Positions 19,495 to 29,789 of a stretch of 64,000 nt of DNA are shown here, piece by piece; the first letter of the stretch is position 1, and every line of letters starts with the position of its first letter. This DNA comes from Gammaproteobacteria bacterium (lineage in GTDB: Bacteria; Pseudomonadota; Gammaproteobacteria; JAADJB01): contig JAADJB010000008.1 in assembly GCA_013151035.1 (NCBI GenBank), forward strand, positions 11,466-75,465. The letters run 5' to 3'. A program made the translations under genes and the position numbers. Below the pieces are notes generated by a model. That model was given only the letters and a program-made list of their open reading frames with translations. It was not told where the DNA came from and did no database searches.

Positions 19495-20385
19495 ATGACA
19501 CCCTTGCGCGTATGTGTCATTGGTGTCGGCTTGATTGGCGGCTCGTTTGCCCGTGCCCTGCGTTTGTCGGTGCCTGATCTGGAAATTATTGGTTGTGGTC
19601 GTAGTGAAGACAATCTACAGCGTGCGCTGGATCTGGGTGTGATTGATCGCTATCACACCGATGTTGGTAAAGCGGTATCCGCTGTTGATGTCATCCTGGT
19701 TGCTGTGCCTTTGGGTGCGATGAAAACAGTGTTTCTGGATATTGCACAATATGCCAGTGAGCAGGTGGTTATAACAGATGTGGGTAGCTCGAAGCAGAGT
19801 GTGTTGGCTGATGCGGTTACAGCATTGGGGGCATTGACCTGTCGTTTTGTTGCCGGGCATCCTATCGCTGGAACAGAACATAGTGGTGTTGATGCCTCAT
19901 TCCCGGAATTGTTTCGTGACCGGCAGGTGGTGTTAACTCCGCTACCGGATACGGATAAAGATGCCGTGAATATAGTGCGTGAGTTATGGCAAAAAACCGG
20001 GGCTGAGGTCAATATTATGGATGCCGAGCATCATGATACGATCTTGGCGGCAACCAGTCATATGCCGCATATACTGGCCTTTAATTTGGTGAATACCTTA
20101 TCCGATATTGATACATCCGGTGAGGTGTTTCGTTATGCTGCAGGGGGCTTTCAGGACTTTTCACGGATAGCCTCAAGTGATCCAGTGGTATGGCGTGATA
20201 TCTGCCTATCTAATGGTGCAGCAATGCTGGATGTATTGAATCACTTTTCACAGGATCTTGAGCAGTTGCAAGGACATATTGCCAATGCAGACGGAGATGC
20301 GCTGCTGGCATTATTTACACGGGCAAAGCAGACCCGTGATGATTATCTGAAAAAGCAGAAACAGAATAAAAGAGGTGTTGATTAA
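19495..20385 (+). CDS. tyrA: prephenate / cyclohexadienyl dehydrogenase
   Basis: 296 aa. N-terminal Rossmann GxGxxG (IGVGLIGGS). TyrA-like fold. Start overlaps the hisC stop (TAGATG). Confidence 0.85.
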   Translation: MTPLRVCVIGVGLIGGSFARALRLSVPDLEIIGCGRSEDNLQRALDLGVIDRYHTDVGKAVSAVDVILVAVPLGAMKTVFLDIAQYASEQVVITDVGSSKQSVLADAVTALGALTCRFVAGHPIAGTEHSGVDASFPELFRDRQVVLTPLPDTDKDAVNIVRELWQKTGAEVNIMDAEHHDTILAATSHMPHILAFNLVNTLSDIDTSGEVFRYAAGGFQDFSRIASSDPVVWRDICLSNGAAMLDVLNHFSQDLEQLQGHIANADGDALLALFTRAKQTRDDYLKKQKQNKRGVD

Positions 20386-21698
20386 TGAGCAAGGTGAAAT
20401 TTTTGCTACAACCTGGAGGCGTGCTGCAAGGTGAGTTGCGGGTGCCGGGTGATAAATCAATATCCCATCGCTCCATCATGTTGGGTGCGCTGGCGCAGGG
20501 TACAACGCAGGTGAAGGGTTTTTTACAAGGTGAGGATAGCCTGGCAACGCTGGCAGCCTTTCGGGCTATGGGTGTTACTATTAGCGGGCCGGATGAACAA
20601 GGTGATGTCATTATTGAAGGTGTAGGACTGAATGGTTTAACTGCGCCGAAGGATGATCTCTATCTGGGTAATTCAGGAACCTCTATGCGTTTGTTAAGTG
20701 GTCTGCTAGCAGGGCAGTCCTTTGATGTGACGTTGACTGGTGATGCCTCCCTGTCAGGCCGTCCAATGATGCGGGTGATTAATCCCTTGCAACAGATGGG
20801 CGCATCCATTGAAAGTGATGATGGCAAGGCACCGCTGAAAATACATGGTGGACAAACCCTGCGTGGGATTGACTATGAGTTACCTGTCGCCAGTGCGCAG
20901 GTAAAATCCTGTGTTTTATTGGCAGGTCTGTATGCCCGTGGTCAAACCTGTACTACCGAACCGGCACCCACGCGTGATCATACCGAACGCATGTTGAATG
21001 GTATGGGTTATGAGGTCAGGGTCGAAGGCGCTCGTGCTTGTTTGCAGTCAGGTGGTGAACTGACAGCAGGCGAGATTGATGTGCCAGCGGATATCTCATC
21101 AGCGGCGTTTTTTATGGTTGGGGCAAGCATTGCAGAGGGTTCCGATGTCACCTTGCGGCATGTGGGTATGAATCCTACGCGCACGGGTGTCATTGATATC
21201 CTGCGCTTGATGGGGGCGGATATTAGCGTGTTGAATGAACGTGTGGTGGGTGGGGAACCGGTTGCTGACCTGCGTATCTGTTCGGCAGTTCTGCATGGTA
21301 TTGATATCCCGGTAGCATTGGTGCCATTGGCGATTGATGAATTCCCAGCAATCTTTGTTGCTGCTGCCTGCGCCACTGGTAAGACCGTGTTGACGGGTGC
21401 CGAGGAGTTGCGGGTTAAAGAGAGTGACCGGATTCAGGTGATGGCCGATGGTCTGGTAGCGCTGGGTATTGATGCTATGGCGACAGCGGATGGTATAGAA
21501 ATAACCGGTGGCAAGCTGGGTTCTGCTACGGTGGATAGTCATGGCGATCACCGTATCGCGATGTCTTTTTCGATGGCAGCATTACGTGCCAGTGGTCCGA
21601 TACAAATTACTGATTGTAGTAATGTGGATACCTCTTTTCCTGGTTTTGTGGGGCATGCTGCTGCGATGGGTTTGAAAATTAGTTTGGGCGATGCCTGA
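20385..21698 (+). CDS. aroA: 3-phosphoshikimate 1-carboxyvinyltransferase (EPSP synthase)
   Basis: 437 aa. LPGDKSISHR and LGNSGTSMRLL motifs. Start overlaps the tyrA stop (TAATG). Confidence 0.93.
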   Translation: MSKVKFLLQPGGVLQGELRVPGDKSISHRSIMLGALAQGTTQVKGFLQGEDSLATLAAFRAMGVTISGPDEQGDVIIEGVGLNGLTAPKDDLYLGNSGTSMRLLSGLLAGQSFDVTLTGDASLSGRPMMRVINPLQQMGASIESDDGKAPLKIHGGQTLRGIDYELPVASAQVKSCVLLAGLYARGQTCTTEPAPTRDHTERMLNGMGYEVRVEGARACLQSGGELTAGEIDVPADISSAAFFMVGASIAEGSDVTLRHVGMNPTRTGVIDILRLMGADISVLNERVVGGEPVADLRICSAVLHGIDIPVALVPLAIDEFPAIFVAAACATGKTVLTGAEELRVKESDRIQVMADGLVALGIDAMATADGIEITGGKLGSATVDSHGDHRIAMSFSMAALRASGPIQITDCSNVDTSFPGFVGHAAAMGLKISLGDA

Positions 21699-21710
21699 TA
21701 GAATTGTTGT

Positions 21711-21880
21711 GGTGCGCAATGCGCACCCTACGGGATAGGTGTATGCCTCTTGGGTAGGGTGCGTACCACGCACCAGTGTATGCATTCCCACGCAGAGCGT
21801 GGGAACGAGAAAAACAATAATAGTATGCATTCCCACGCAGAGCATGGGAACGAGAAAAGGTAGGGTGCGTACTACGCACC
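21711..21880. repeat. composite repeat block: REP, REP, a 45-bp hairpin unit twice in tandem, REP
   Basis: REPs at 21711-21731, 21753-21774 and 21859-21880. Two near-identical units gtatgcattcccacgcagagc(g/a)tgggaacgagaaaa at 21778-21814 and 21823-21858, each with an internal 6-bp stem cccacg/cgtggg. Confidence 0.8.
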
Positions 21881-21892
21881 AGGTAACTGTAT

Positions 21893-22567
21893 ATGAGTGA
21901 AGATATGATAATTCCGGTAATTACAATCGATGGCCCGAGCGGGTCTGGCAAGGGTGCAATCAGTGCCCGTATTGCAGCGACTATGGGTTACCACATGTTG
22001 GATAGTGGTGCGCTGTATCGTTTGTTGGGTCTGGCTGCCAGACAGGCGGCATTGGCACTGGATGATGAGCCCGCCTTGGCAGAACTGGCCTTGCATCTGG
22101 ATGTGACATTTAAAGGTGGCGATCATATCCTGCTCAACGGGGTTGATGTGGGTGTGGAAATTCGTACCGAAGAGAGCGGCATGGCGGCATCAAAAGTGGC
22201 GGTTTTCCCCCAGGTACGCGCGGCTCTATTACAACGTCAGCGTGATTTTCGGGTCAGCCCCGGCCTGATCGCGGATGGACGTGACATGGGGACGGTGGTG
22301 TTTCCTGATGCTGTCGCCAAGATTTTTCTCACCGCAAGTGCGGAAGAACGTGCTAAAAGACGTTATAAGCAGTTGAAAGAGAAAGGATTGGATGCTAAAC
22401 TCTCGCGCCTTATCAAGGATATTTCCGAACGGGATCAACGTGATTCGGAACGTTCTGTTGCACCCTTGTTGGCTGCACAGGATGCCATCACTATTGATAC
22501 CAGTGATATTGACCTTGAGGCGAGTATAGATCAGGTACAGGCTGCCATTAATAAGTGCCTCTCCTGA
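21893..22567 (+). CDS. cmk: cytidylate kinase
   Basis: P-loop ITIDGPSGSGKG and full-length Cmk pattern. The true start may be the ATG at 21905. Confidence 0.9.
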   Translation: MSEDMIIPVITIDGPSGSGKGAISARIAATMGYHMLDSGALYRLLGLAARQAALALDDEPALAELALHLDVTFKGGDHILLNGVDVGVEIRTEESGMAASKVAVFPQVRAALLQRQRDFRVSPGLIADGRDMGTVVFPDAVAKIFLTASAEERAKRRYKQLKEKGLDAKLSRLIKDISERDQRDSERSVAPLLAAQDAITIDTSDIDLEASIDQVQAAINKCLS

Positions 22568-22736
22568 TCGGGCCGTTAGAGTGAAATAAATTGATAAGTG
22601 ACGTATAATGTTGTTTTTTATAAGGTCTCTGGAATCTTTATTGGGTTTTCAGGGTTTTTTTAACAAGCCATGAATTGATCTGGCTTATAACAAGTGAACC
22701 TTTCAAGTTGTTTCGGGTTCAAGGAAAGTGGTTAAC

Positions 22737-24413
22737 ATGAGCGAAAGCTTTGCAGAATTATTTGAAGAGAGTCTTGCCAAACAGGAGATGCGTCCTGGTT
22801 CCATCATGACCGGTATTGTGATGGATATACGTGGCGATGTTGTTATCGTTAATGCAGGACTGAAATCGGAAGGTGTGATTCCGGTTGAGGAATTTTACAA
22901 TGATCAAGGGCAACTGGAACTGGCGATTGGTGACAGTGTTGAAGTTGCTCTGGATTCCGTCGAGGATGGCTATGGTGAAACCAAGTTGTCTCGTGAAAAG
23001 GCGAAACGTGCGCGTGCATGGATCGTATTACAGGAAGCCTTTGATAAGGAAGAAATCGTTAAGGGTGTTATCAGTGGCAAGGTTAAGGGTGGCTTCACGG
23101 TTGATGTGAGTGATATTCGTGCCTTCCTGCCGGGTTCACTGGTTGATGTGCGTCCTGTTCGTGATACTTCTTATCTTGAAGGCAAGGAACTTGAATTTAA
23201 AGTTATTAAGCTGGATCAGAAACGTAATAACGTGGTTGTTTCCCGTCGTGCCGTTGTTGAGTCAGAATACAGTGCTGATCGTGAAGAGCTGCTGAATAGT
23301 CTGCAAGAAGGTATTGTTGTTAAGGGTATCGTCAAGAACCTGACCGAATACGGTGTATTCGTTGATCTGGGTGGTATTGATGGTCTGTTACATATTACCG
23401 ATATGGCATGGAAGCGCGTTAAACATCCTTCCGAGATTGTTAATGTCGGCGATGAGATTGACGTTAAGGTGCTCAAGTTTGATCGTGAGAAGGTTCGCGT
23501 ATCACTGGGTCTGAAACAGCTGGGTCAGGATCCATGGTCTGATCTGATGCGTCGTTATCCTGAGAATACACGTCTGTTCGGTAAGGTAACCAATATTGCT
23601 GATTATGGTTGCTTTGTTGAAATCGAAGAGGGTGTTGAAGGCCTGGTTCACGTCTCAGAAATGGATTGGACAAACAAGAATATCAACCCGGCTAAACTGG
23701 TTCATATTAGCCAGGAAGTCGAAGTTATGGTGTTGGATATCGACGAAGAACGTCGTCGTATCTCTCTGGGTATGAAGCAATGTTATGCTAACCCATGGGA
23801 AGAATTCTCAGCAACTCATAATAAGGGTGACGCGGTATCCGGTGTTATTAAGTCAATCACCGATTTTGGTATCTTTGTTGGTCTGAATGGTGGCATTGAT
23901 GGTCTGGTTCATCTGTCTGACATCTCCTGGGATGTGGAAGGTGAAGATGCGGTAAGAGATTACAAGAAGGGTGACACGGTTGAAGCCGTTGTGCTGGCAG
24001 TTGATCCAGAACGTGAACGTATCTCCCTGGGTGTTAAACAGTTGGGTAAAGATCCATTCTCTGATTTTGTTGCCGCGAATGCTAAGGGTGCCATTGTTAA
24101 GGGTACCGTTAAAGAGGTTGATGCCAAGGCCGCTATTATTGATCTGGGTGATGGTATCGACGGTATATTACGTGCCTCGGAACTTGCCCGTGATCGTGTT
24201 GAAGATGCACGCACTGTACTGACCGTGGGTGATGAGATTGAGGCTCGCTTTATGGGTGTTGATCGCAAGAATCGTTCAATCAGTCTCTCGGTTAAGGCTA
24301 AAGAGAATGCTGAGGAAGCGAAGGCTGTTGAAGATTATGGCCGTGCAGCGAGCAATGCGACCGCAACTTTGGGTGATATCTTTAAAGAACAGATGGAAGG
24401 TAACGATAAGTAA
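22737..24413 (+). CDS. rpsA: 30S ribosomal protein S1
   Basis: N-terminus [13 protein letters not shown] and six S1 domains. RBS aaggaaag upstream. Confidence 0.95.
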   Translation: MSESFAELFEESLAKQEMRPGSIMTGIVMDIRGDVVIVNAGLKSEGVIPVEEFYNDQGQLELAIGDSVEVALDSVEDGYGETKLSREKAKRARAWIVLQEAFDKEEIVKGVISGKVKGGFTVDVSDIRAFLPGSLVDVRPVRDTSYLEGKELEFKVIKLDQKRNNVVVSRRAVVESEYSADREELLNSLQEGIVVKGIVKNLTEYGVFVDLGGIDGLLHITDMAWKRVKHPSEIVNVGDEIDVKVLKFDREKVRVSLGLKQLGQDPWSDLMRRYPENTRLFGKVTNIADYGCFVEIEEGVEGLVHVSEMDWTNKNINPAKLVHISQEVEVMVLDIDEERRRISLGMKQCYANPWEEFSATHNKGDAVSGVIKSITDFGIFVGLNGGIDGLVHLSDISWDVEGEDAVRDYKKGDTVEAVVLAVDPERERISLGVKQLGKDPFSDFVAANAKGAIVKGTVKEVDAKAAIIDLGDGIDGILRASELARDRVEDARTVLTVGDEIEARFMGVDRKNRSISLSVKAKENAEEAKAVEDYGRAASNATATLGDIFKEQMEGNDK

Positions 24414-24464
24414 CCGTTATTTGTTTTTTTAATTAAGATTGATTATATATTCAGGATGTAAGGA

Positions 24465-24767
24465 ATGACAAAGTCAGAACTGATTGAAATGCTTGCAAGC
24501 AAGAATACACATCTTAATTGCAAGGATGTTGAATTGGCTGTTAAAGGTTTGTTAGAGCAGATGAGTCAGGCTTTAGCAACGGGTGACCGGATAGAGATAC
24601 GAGGGTTTGGTAGCTTTTCATTACACTACCGTCCTCCTCGGATAGGACGTAATCCGAAGTCCGGTGATTCGGTTTCATTGCCTGCCAAGTATGTCCCTCA
24701 CTTTAAGCCAGGTAAGGAATTGCGTGAACGTGTCAATGCAGGCATGCATGAAAAACCTGTTTCCTGA
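24465..24767 (+). CDS. ihfB: integration host factor beta subunit
   Basis: 100 aa. [28 protein letters not shown] is the canonical IHF-beta arm. Confidence 0.93.
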   Translation: MTKSELIEMLASKNTHLNCKDVELAVKGLLEQMSQALATGDRIEIRGFGSFSLHYRPPRIGRNPKSGDSVSLPAKYVPHFKPGKELRERVNAGMHEKPVS

Positions 24768-24783
24768 ATATAATAATGTGAAT

Positions 24784-24813
24784 ACTCCGAACCCTGGTTC
24801 GGAGTATTTTTTT
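24784..24813 (+). terminator. rho-independent terminator after ihfB
   Basis: Hairpin tactccgaacc-ctg-ggttcggagta followed by T7. Confidence 0.75.
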
Positions 24814-24824
24814 GTGCGTGAATT

Positions 24825-25118
24825 ATGATGCGTATTATTGGTAATATAATCCTCTTTGTTTTAATGATTGTGGCCGCTGCCTTTGCAATTATTAATGCCG
24901 ATTTAATTCAATTAAATTATTTTATTGGTCATATCAAGGTGCCACTGGCGCTGGTTTTAATTATCACTTTTATTGCCGGTGCGCTAATGGCGGTATTATT
25001 TAACCTGTCTGGCATGATTAGGCTGAAACGTGAAAACAAGCGTCTACAGAAAAAGACCGTCAAGCACCAGCAGGAACAACAGCATCTGTTGACTTCACAA
25101 GACCCAAAGTTGCCTTAG
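24825..25118 (+). CDS. lapA: lipopolysaccharide assembly protein A (DUF1049, YciS-like)
   Basis: 97 aa with two TM helices and a basic tail. Conserved position before lapB. Confidence 0.8.
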   Translation: MMRIIGNIILFVLMIVAAAFAIINADLIQLNYFIGHIKVPLALVLIITFIAGALMAVLFNLSGMIRLKRENKRLQKKTVKHQQEQQHLLTSQDPKLP

Positions 25119-25221
25119 GTAATGAATCACTGCTGTTCCGTTAAGGGTTTATTTGCTTGCTGTAATCACATGATATTCATCGAAAAAAACATGCCTGGAA
25201 AGTTTGAGCCATGAATCACGT

Positions 25222-25325
25222 TTCTCTACCAGAGACACGCCGTGAAACCATCCATGGTGGCTCCACGCCCGCGTTCATGCGGGCAAGGGTCTCTGATAGA
25301 GAAGCGCAATCCCTGTCTCTTGAGT
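25222..25325. repeat. structured palindromic repeat (REP-2 family), copy 2
   Basis: tctctaccagagac ... gcccgcgttcatgcgggc ... gtctctgatagaga. Same architecture as 3333-3417, with compensatory changes in the outer stem. The tail cctgtctcttgagtt is shared with 34386-34400. Confidence 0.7.
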
Positions 25326-25337
25326 TGACGGGCAGTA

Positions 25338-26498
25338 ATGGTAATGAATGATCTGTTATGGTTGCTCTTGCCCCTGGCAGCCGCTTCGGGTTGGCTTGCT
25401 GCACGACGTTCTGCCAAGCTTAAAATTAAAACAGAAAAACTGGGAAGCGATTATTTTCAGGGTCTGAATTTCCTGTTAAATGAGCAAGCCGATAAGGCAA
25501 TTGATGCCTTTGTGAATATGATGGCGGTGGACGAAGATACCTTTGAAACCCATCTGGCTCTGGGGAGTATTTATCGTCGTAGAGGTGAAGTCGACCGGGC
25601 AATCCGGATTCATCAGAATCTGATTGCCAGAATATCACTTAGTGCTGAACAGCGCAGTGCAGCAATACTTGAGTTGGGACGTGATTATATGCGTGCCGGG
25701 TTGCTTGATCGTGCCGAGGTGCTGTTTCAGGAACTGGTTGAAAATGATTTTCATGTGTTAGCGGCATTACAATATTTACTGGATATTTATCAGCAGGAGA
25801 AGGATTGGAATAGGGCGATTGATGTTGCCAGAGGTGTTGATCTGGCAGCCGGCCCGGATATGCGAAAGGTTATTGCTCAATTGTATTGTGAGCAGGCAGA
25901 ACAGGCCTTGCAGCAGGGGCAACTTGAAAAGGCACACTATCTTCTGGATAAGGCCTTGCTCAAGGATAAGTCCTGTGTTCGCGCTAGTTTACTTGAGGCG
26001 AAAATTGCAGTGCGAGAGGGTGATCACAAGATGGCTATTGTTGCCTGGCAACGTATTGAGTCACAGGATATTGATTTTATCCCTGAGGTCTTGCCTGGTT
26101 TACGAAGCAGTTATCAGGCAATGGGTGATGAGATGGCTGTTTACCCTTTTCTGGAAAGGGTGATGCAGAACTATCAGGGTGTATCTCCTGTTATTCTTAT
26201 GGCCGAGCTGATTGAAAAGAAAGAGGGTATTGATGCTGCGATTGACTTTATTACCCAGCGATTACAACAACGCGCCTCCGTTCGAGGTCTGGAACATCTG
26301 CTAAAATTAGGTCAGCAACGTCAACAGGATTCAGGTCAGTTGCTGATACTACAACAATTGGTAGAAAAGATATTGCTGGATAAACCAACCTTCAGGTGTA
26401 ATCAGTGTGGCTTTAGCGGCAAGACATTACATTGGCAGTGTCCGGGTTGCAGAGAATGGAATACGGTTAAGCCGATTTATGGTGTTGAGGGTGAATAA
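25338..26498 (+). CDS. lapB: lipopolysaccharide assembly protein B (TPR plus C-terminal rubredoxin-like metal site)
   Basis: N-terminal TM helix, TPR repeats, and C-terminal [17 protein letters not shown]. Confidence 0.88.
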   Translation: MVMNDLLWLLLPLAAASGWLAARRSAKLKIKTEKLGSDYFQGLNFLLNEQADKAIDAFVNMMAVDEDTFETHLALGSIYRRRGEVDRAIRIHQNLIARISLSAEQRSAAILELGRDYMRAGLLDRAEVLFQELVENDFHVLAALQYLLDIYQQEKDWNRAIDVARGVDLAAGPDMRKVIAQLYCEQAEQALQQGQLEKAHYLLDKALLKDKSCVRASLLEAKIAVREGDHKMAIVAWQRIESQDIDFIPEVLPGLRSSYQAMGDEMAVYPFLERVMQNYQGVSPVILMAELIEKKEGIDAAIDFITQRLQQRASVRGLEHLLKLGQQRQQDSGQLLILQQLVEKILLDKPTFRCNQCGFSGKTLHWQCPGCREWNTVKPIYGVEGE

Positions 26499-26499
26499 A

Positions 26500-27204
26500 A
26501 TGGTAGAGATTGAGGGTTCGAAAATAATTGTTGCATTGGATTATGCGGATCCAGTCAGGGCGCAGACTCTGGTTCAACAATTAACACCAGCGATGTGTCG
26601 ATTGAAGATCGGTAAGGAATTGTTTACCCGGGGTGGCCCTGATTTTGTCAGGGATCTGGTGGCACAGGGCTATGATGTATTTCTGGATCTCAAGTTTCAT
26701 GATATCCCGAATACAGTTGCCAGGGCTTGTGAGGCAGCGGCAGAGCTCGGTGTGTGGATGATGAACGTCCATGCCCTGGGAGGTAGAAAAATGATGCAGG
26801 CGGCTCAGGAGGCATTGCGTAATACATCAGGCAAGCGTCCTCGCTTGATTGCGGTGACGATATTGACCAGTATGTCTGATGATGATCTGGGTCTGATAGG
26901 TCTTTCTGGTAGTGCCTCGGATAATGTCTCCCGTCTGGCAGCTCTGGCACAACAAGCAGATCTTGATGGCGTTGTTTGTTCGCCTCGGGAAGCGGCCATG
27001 TTACGTCAGCAGACCGGGGATGATTTTCTTCTGGTGACCCCCGGTGTACGCCCTGTGGGAGCAAGTATGGACGATCAACATCGAGTGTTGACCCCGGAAC
27101 AGGCGATTGCCCAGGGTTCCAGTTATCTGGTGATGGGTCGACCCATCACCCAGGCGGATGACCCCCTGGCTCGTTTGCAGGAGATTAACCATAGTCTAGA
27201 ATAA
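26500..27204 (+). CDS. pyrF: orotidine 5'-phosphate decarboxylase
   Basis: [17 protein letters not shown] motifs. ATG at 26500 follows directly after the lapB stop. Confidence 0.9.
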   Translation: MVEIEGSKIIVALDYADPVRAQTLVQQLTPAMCRLKIGKELFTRGGPDFVRDLVAQGYDVFLDLKFHDIPNTVARACEAAAELGVWMMNVHALGGRKMMQAAQEALRNTSGKRPRLIAVTILTSMSDDDLGLIGLSGSASDNVSRLAALAQQADLDGVVCSPREAAMLRQQTGDDFLLVTPGVRPVGASMDDQHRVLTPEQAIAQGSSYLVMGRPITQADDPLARLQEINHSLE

Positions 27205-27206
27205 AG

Positions 27207-27223
27207 GTGCGCAATGCGCACCA
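27207..27223. repeat. REP core (ggtgcgcaatgcgcacc), solo copy after pyrF
   Basis: Perfect 6-bp palindrome arms around caatg. Lacks the CTACC tail. Confidence 0.6.
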
Positions 27224-27337
27224 ATAAATCGAATGGACGCAACTTGACATAATTATATTAACTGTTAGTCTGACCTTGAGTCTTTCACTAAAGAACAGGC
27301 TCAATATCAAATCGCAAACACTGACAAGGAGGTCATT

Positions 27338-27622
27338 ATGCGTACATTTAAGCTGGTTTTATTCTCTATTTTTCTTTTTGTTTCTTCATGGGCCCATGCA
27401 CTGGAACCACTGGACATTAATGTCGCCAGTGTTAAACAGATGATGAATGTACTGAATGGTATTGGTCCTTACCGGGCAGCTGCCATTGTTGCTTACCGCG
27501 ATAGTAATGGTCCATTTGAATCAATAGAGGATCTGAGTAAAGTAAAGGGTGTGGGTTCTGCTATTATGGAACGAAATCGGGCGCGTATTATCGTTAAAGA
27601 AAAGAGAATATCATCCGATTAA
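27338..27622 (+). CDS. ComEA-like helix-hairpin-helix DNA-binding protein (secreted)
   Basis: Signal peptide, then LDINVASVKQ..NGIGPYRAAAIVAYR..DLSKVKGVGSAIMERN, the HhH motif of ComEA. Confidence 0.8.
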   Translation: MRTFKLVLFSIFLFVSSWAHALEPLDINVASVKQMMNVLNGIGPYRAAAIVAYRDSNGPFESIEDLSKVKGVGSAIMERNRARIIVKEKRISSD

Positions 27623-27712
27623 TAGCAATGCTTATATGACCCTCAGGTGGTTTTGACTGCCTGGGGGCTCAATGAAAAAATTAATGTTATCTCCATTCTC
27701 AAGAGAAATGAA

Positions 27713-28585
27713 ATGATAAAAAAAGTAAGAACAGCGGTTTTTCCTGTTGCCGGTTTAGGCACTCGTTTTTTGCCTGCGACTAAGGCGAATCCAAAAGAGA
27801 TGTTGCCAGTTGTTGATAAGCCTCTTATTCAATATGCTGCTGAGGAAGCTGTTGCCGCAGGGATTGAACAACTGGTGTTTGTTACCAGTAGTAGCAAACG
27901 TGCGATTGAGGATCATTTTGATAAGAACTACGAGATGGAGATGGAACTTGAGAAACGAGGCAAGGATAAGCTTCTTGCGGTTGTGCGTGATATTGTGCCA
28001 GCAGGTGTATCTTGTATTTATGTGCGGCAGGCTGAGGCGTTAGGGCTAGGTCATGCTGTTTTATGTGCAAAACCTGTGGTGGGGGATGAACCCTTTGCGG
28101 TTATTCTGGCCGATGACCTGATTGATAACCAGGGCCCCTCCTGTATGAGTCAAATGGTTGAGGTCTTTGAAGAACGAGGTTGTAGTGTCCTGGGTGTTGA
28201 AGAAGTTCCGGCAGATGAAACCGATCGTTATGGTATTGTTGCCGCTGATTCATTGTCCGCACGTCTGGAGCATGTTAAAGAAATAGTAGAAAAGCCCGCC
28301 CCTGATGTGGCACCGTCTAATCTTGCTGTGGTGGGGCGTTATATTCTGACCCCCAGGATATTTGATTTGCTGGAAAACACACAAAGAGGTGCTGGCAATG
28401 AAATACAGCTGACCGATGCCATTGCTGCCCTGTTGGAATATGAGAAGGTAATGGCCTATCGCTTTGAAGGGGATCGTTATGATTGTGGTAGTAAATTGGG
28501 CTATTTAATGGCAACGGTTGAATATGCGATCAAGCATCATGAGCTAGGGGCTGATTTCAAGGCTTACCTGGAGAGTCGTTGCTGA
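27713..28585 (+). CDS. galU: UTP--glucose-1-phosphate uridylyltransferase
   Basis: [41 protein letters not shown] is the canonical GalU N-terminus. The ORF-track start at 27647 is an upstream in-frame extension. Confidence 0.92.
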   Translation: MIKKVRTAVFPVAGLGTRFLPATKANPKEMLPVVDKPLIQYAAEEAVAAGIEQLVFVTSSSKRAIEDHFDKNYEMEMELEKRGKDKLLAVVRDIVPAGVSCIYVRQAEALGLGHAVLCAKPVVGDEPFAVILADDLIDNQGPSCMSQMVEVFEERGCSVLGVEEVPADETDRYGIVAADSLSARLEHVKEIVEKPAPDVAPSNLAVVGRYILTPRIFDLLENTQRGAGNEIQLTDAIAALLEYEKVMAYRFEGDRYDCGSKLGYLMATVEYAIKHHELGADFKAYLESRC

Positions 28586-28860
28586 TTACGACCAATATCC
28601 ACTAATAAAATAGCAAGCTCTCAATTAAGAAACCTACATTCAATAAAGTTTTACACATTCATAGGGTGGTTTTTATATAAAAAGCATAACTGTTCTGGTC
28701 AAGTCATACCGGACACTTTCATTCACCAACATCATGATCTGGACAAGGTTGAAAATATTGCTGCATAGGGCAGGACATTGATGAGATCCAATGCTTCTTA
28801 TCCCTTGATTTCTGATGAATCTTCAAGCTATACTTGTTTTGGTGTTACTGAGGTATTACC

Positions 28861-29094
28861 ATGAAGACAATCACTATAAAGGCTGATAATGAATTTGATG
28901 CCATATTGAATCAGTTATCATCGCGTTTGCATACTACTCGTAGCGGTGTTATTCGAGATGCGGTAAGGAATTATTCAAAATTTCTTGATAGAGAAGCACT
29001 TCGACAACAGATTAGGGCGGCTTCACTTAAAACAAGAGAGCAGGCCGATCAGTCCATTGTGGATTTTGAAGCGGCAAATGGCGATGCTCTTTAA
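28861..29094 (+). CDS. type II antitoxin (ribbon-helix-helix, CopG/MazE-like)
   Basis: 77 aa. Overlaps the downstream MazF/PemK toxin by 17 nt. RHH-like N-terminus. Confidence 0.6.
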   Translation: MKTITIKADNEFDAILNQLSSRLHTTRSGVIRDAVRNYSKFLDREALRQQIRAASLKTREQADQSIVDFEAANGDAL

Positions 29095-29431
29095 ACGGGG
29101 CGCAATATATCTGGCCAACTTTAATCCTTCAAAGGGTACTGAAGCTGGGAAGATTCGTCCCTGTATTGTTATGCAAAGTGACTTGCTTAATGAAGCGAAT
29201 CACCCTAGTACCACCGTGCTTCCCTTAACGACACAATTAATTGATGATGCGGCACCCTTGCGGTATCGAATCAAATCGCGTGATAATCTGAAAATGGATT
29301 CGGATATTATGCTGGATCAGACAAGAACGATTGATAATCGTCGAATGACAAATGATGTCCTAACGACCCTCAGCAAGGTTGAGATGATGGAGGTTGATGT
29401 ATTGTGGCAAACTGTGTTGGGGCTTGATTAA
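29078..29431 (+). CDS. type II toxin, MazF/PemK family endoribonuclease
   Basis: MAMLFKRGAIYLANFNPSKGTEAGKIRPCIVMQSDLLN is the MazF/PemK signature. ATG at 29078 preferred. Confidence 0.75.
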   Translation: MAMLFKRGAIYLANFNPSKGTEAGKIRPCIVMQSDLLNEANHPSTTVLPLTTQLIDDAAPLRYRIKSRDNLKMDSDIMLDQTRTIDNRRMTNDVLTTLSKVEMMEVDVLWQTVLGLD

Positions 29432-29441
29432 GTGAGAATGA

Positions 29442-29511
29442 GGTGCGTCCCCGCCTGATATCACTCCGAAGCGGGGACAGACTTAAGTCTGTCCCCAAGG
29501 CAGTACGCACC
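29442..29511. repeat. REP-like arms (ggtgcgt ... acgcacc) enclosing nested hairpins
   Basis: Inner hairpins tccccgc/gcgggga and gacagactt-aagtctgtc between the REP half-sites. Confidence 0.5.
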
Positions 29512-29789
29512 ACAGACCTTAGAATACATCTCTTGTTAATCTGTCAGATTTATCGACAAGTACATAAATCTCGATTGAAGATATAACTCATTGATAATAA
29601 AGTAAAATACCAGGGTATCAGATTCCTTTACGGTAATTCATTACATTGCTATATTACACTCTTGTTTTCAATTCACCCTATTTTATTTATAACTATTTGT
29701 TTTTTAACATGTATTGTTTAATGGCACGGTTGTTGCCCTTATTTTATTGTGAGTTGATAAAAAATAATAGTCCATAGGAGGATACGGAA

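Noticed and set aside
21778-21858. Possible CRISPR array
   Set aside because: There are only two repeat units with an 8-nt gap, no spacer diversity and no cas genes. It fits a REP-associated tandem repeat better.
21582-21951. Minus-strand ORFs 21582-21845 and 21679-21951 containing the SRSHALRGNAY repeats
   Set aside because: They are translations of the REP/tandem-repeat block. The repeated peptide only reflects the DNA repeat.
25216-25417. Minus-strand ORFs overlapping the REP-2 copy and the lapB start
   Set aside because: They span a structured palindromic repeat and overlap a well-supported + strand gene.
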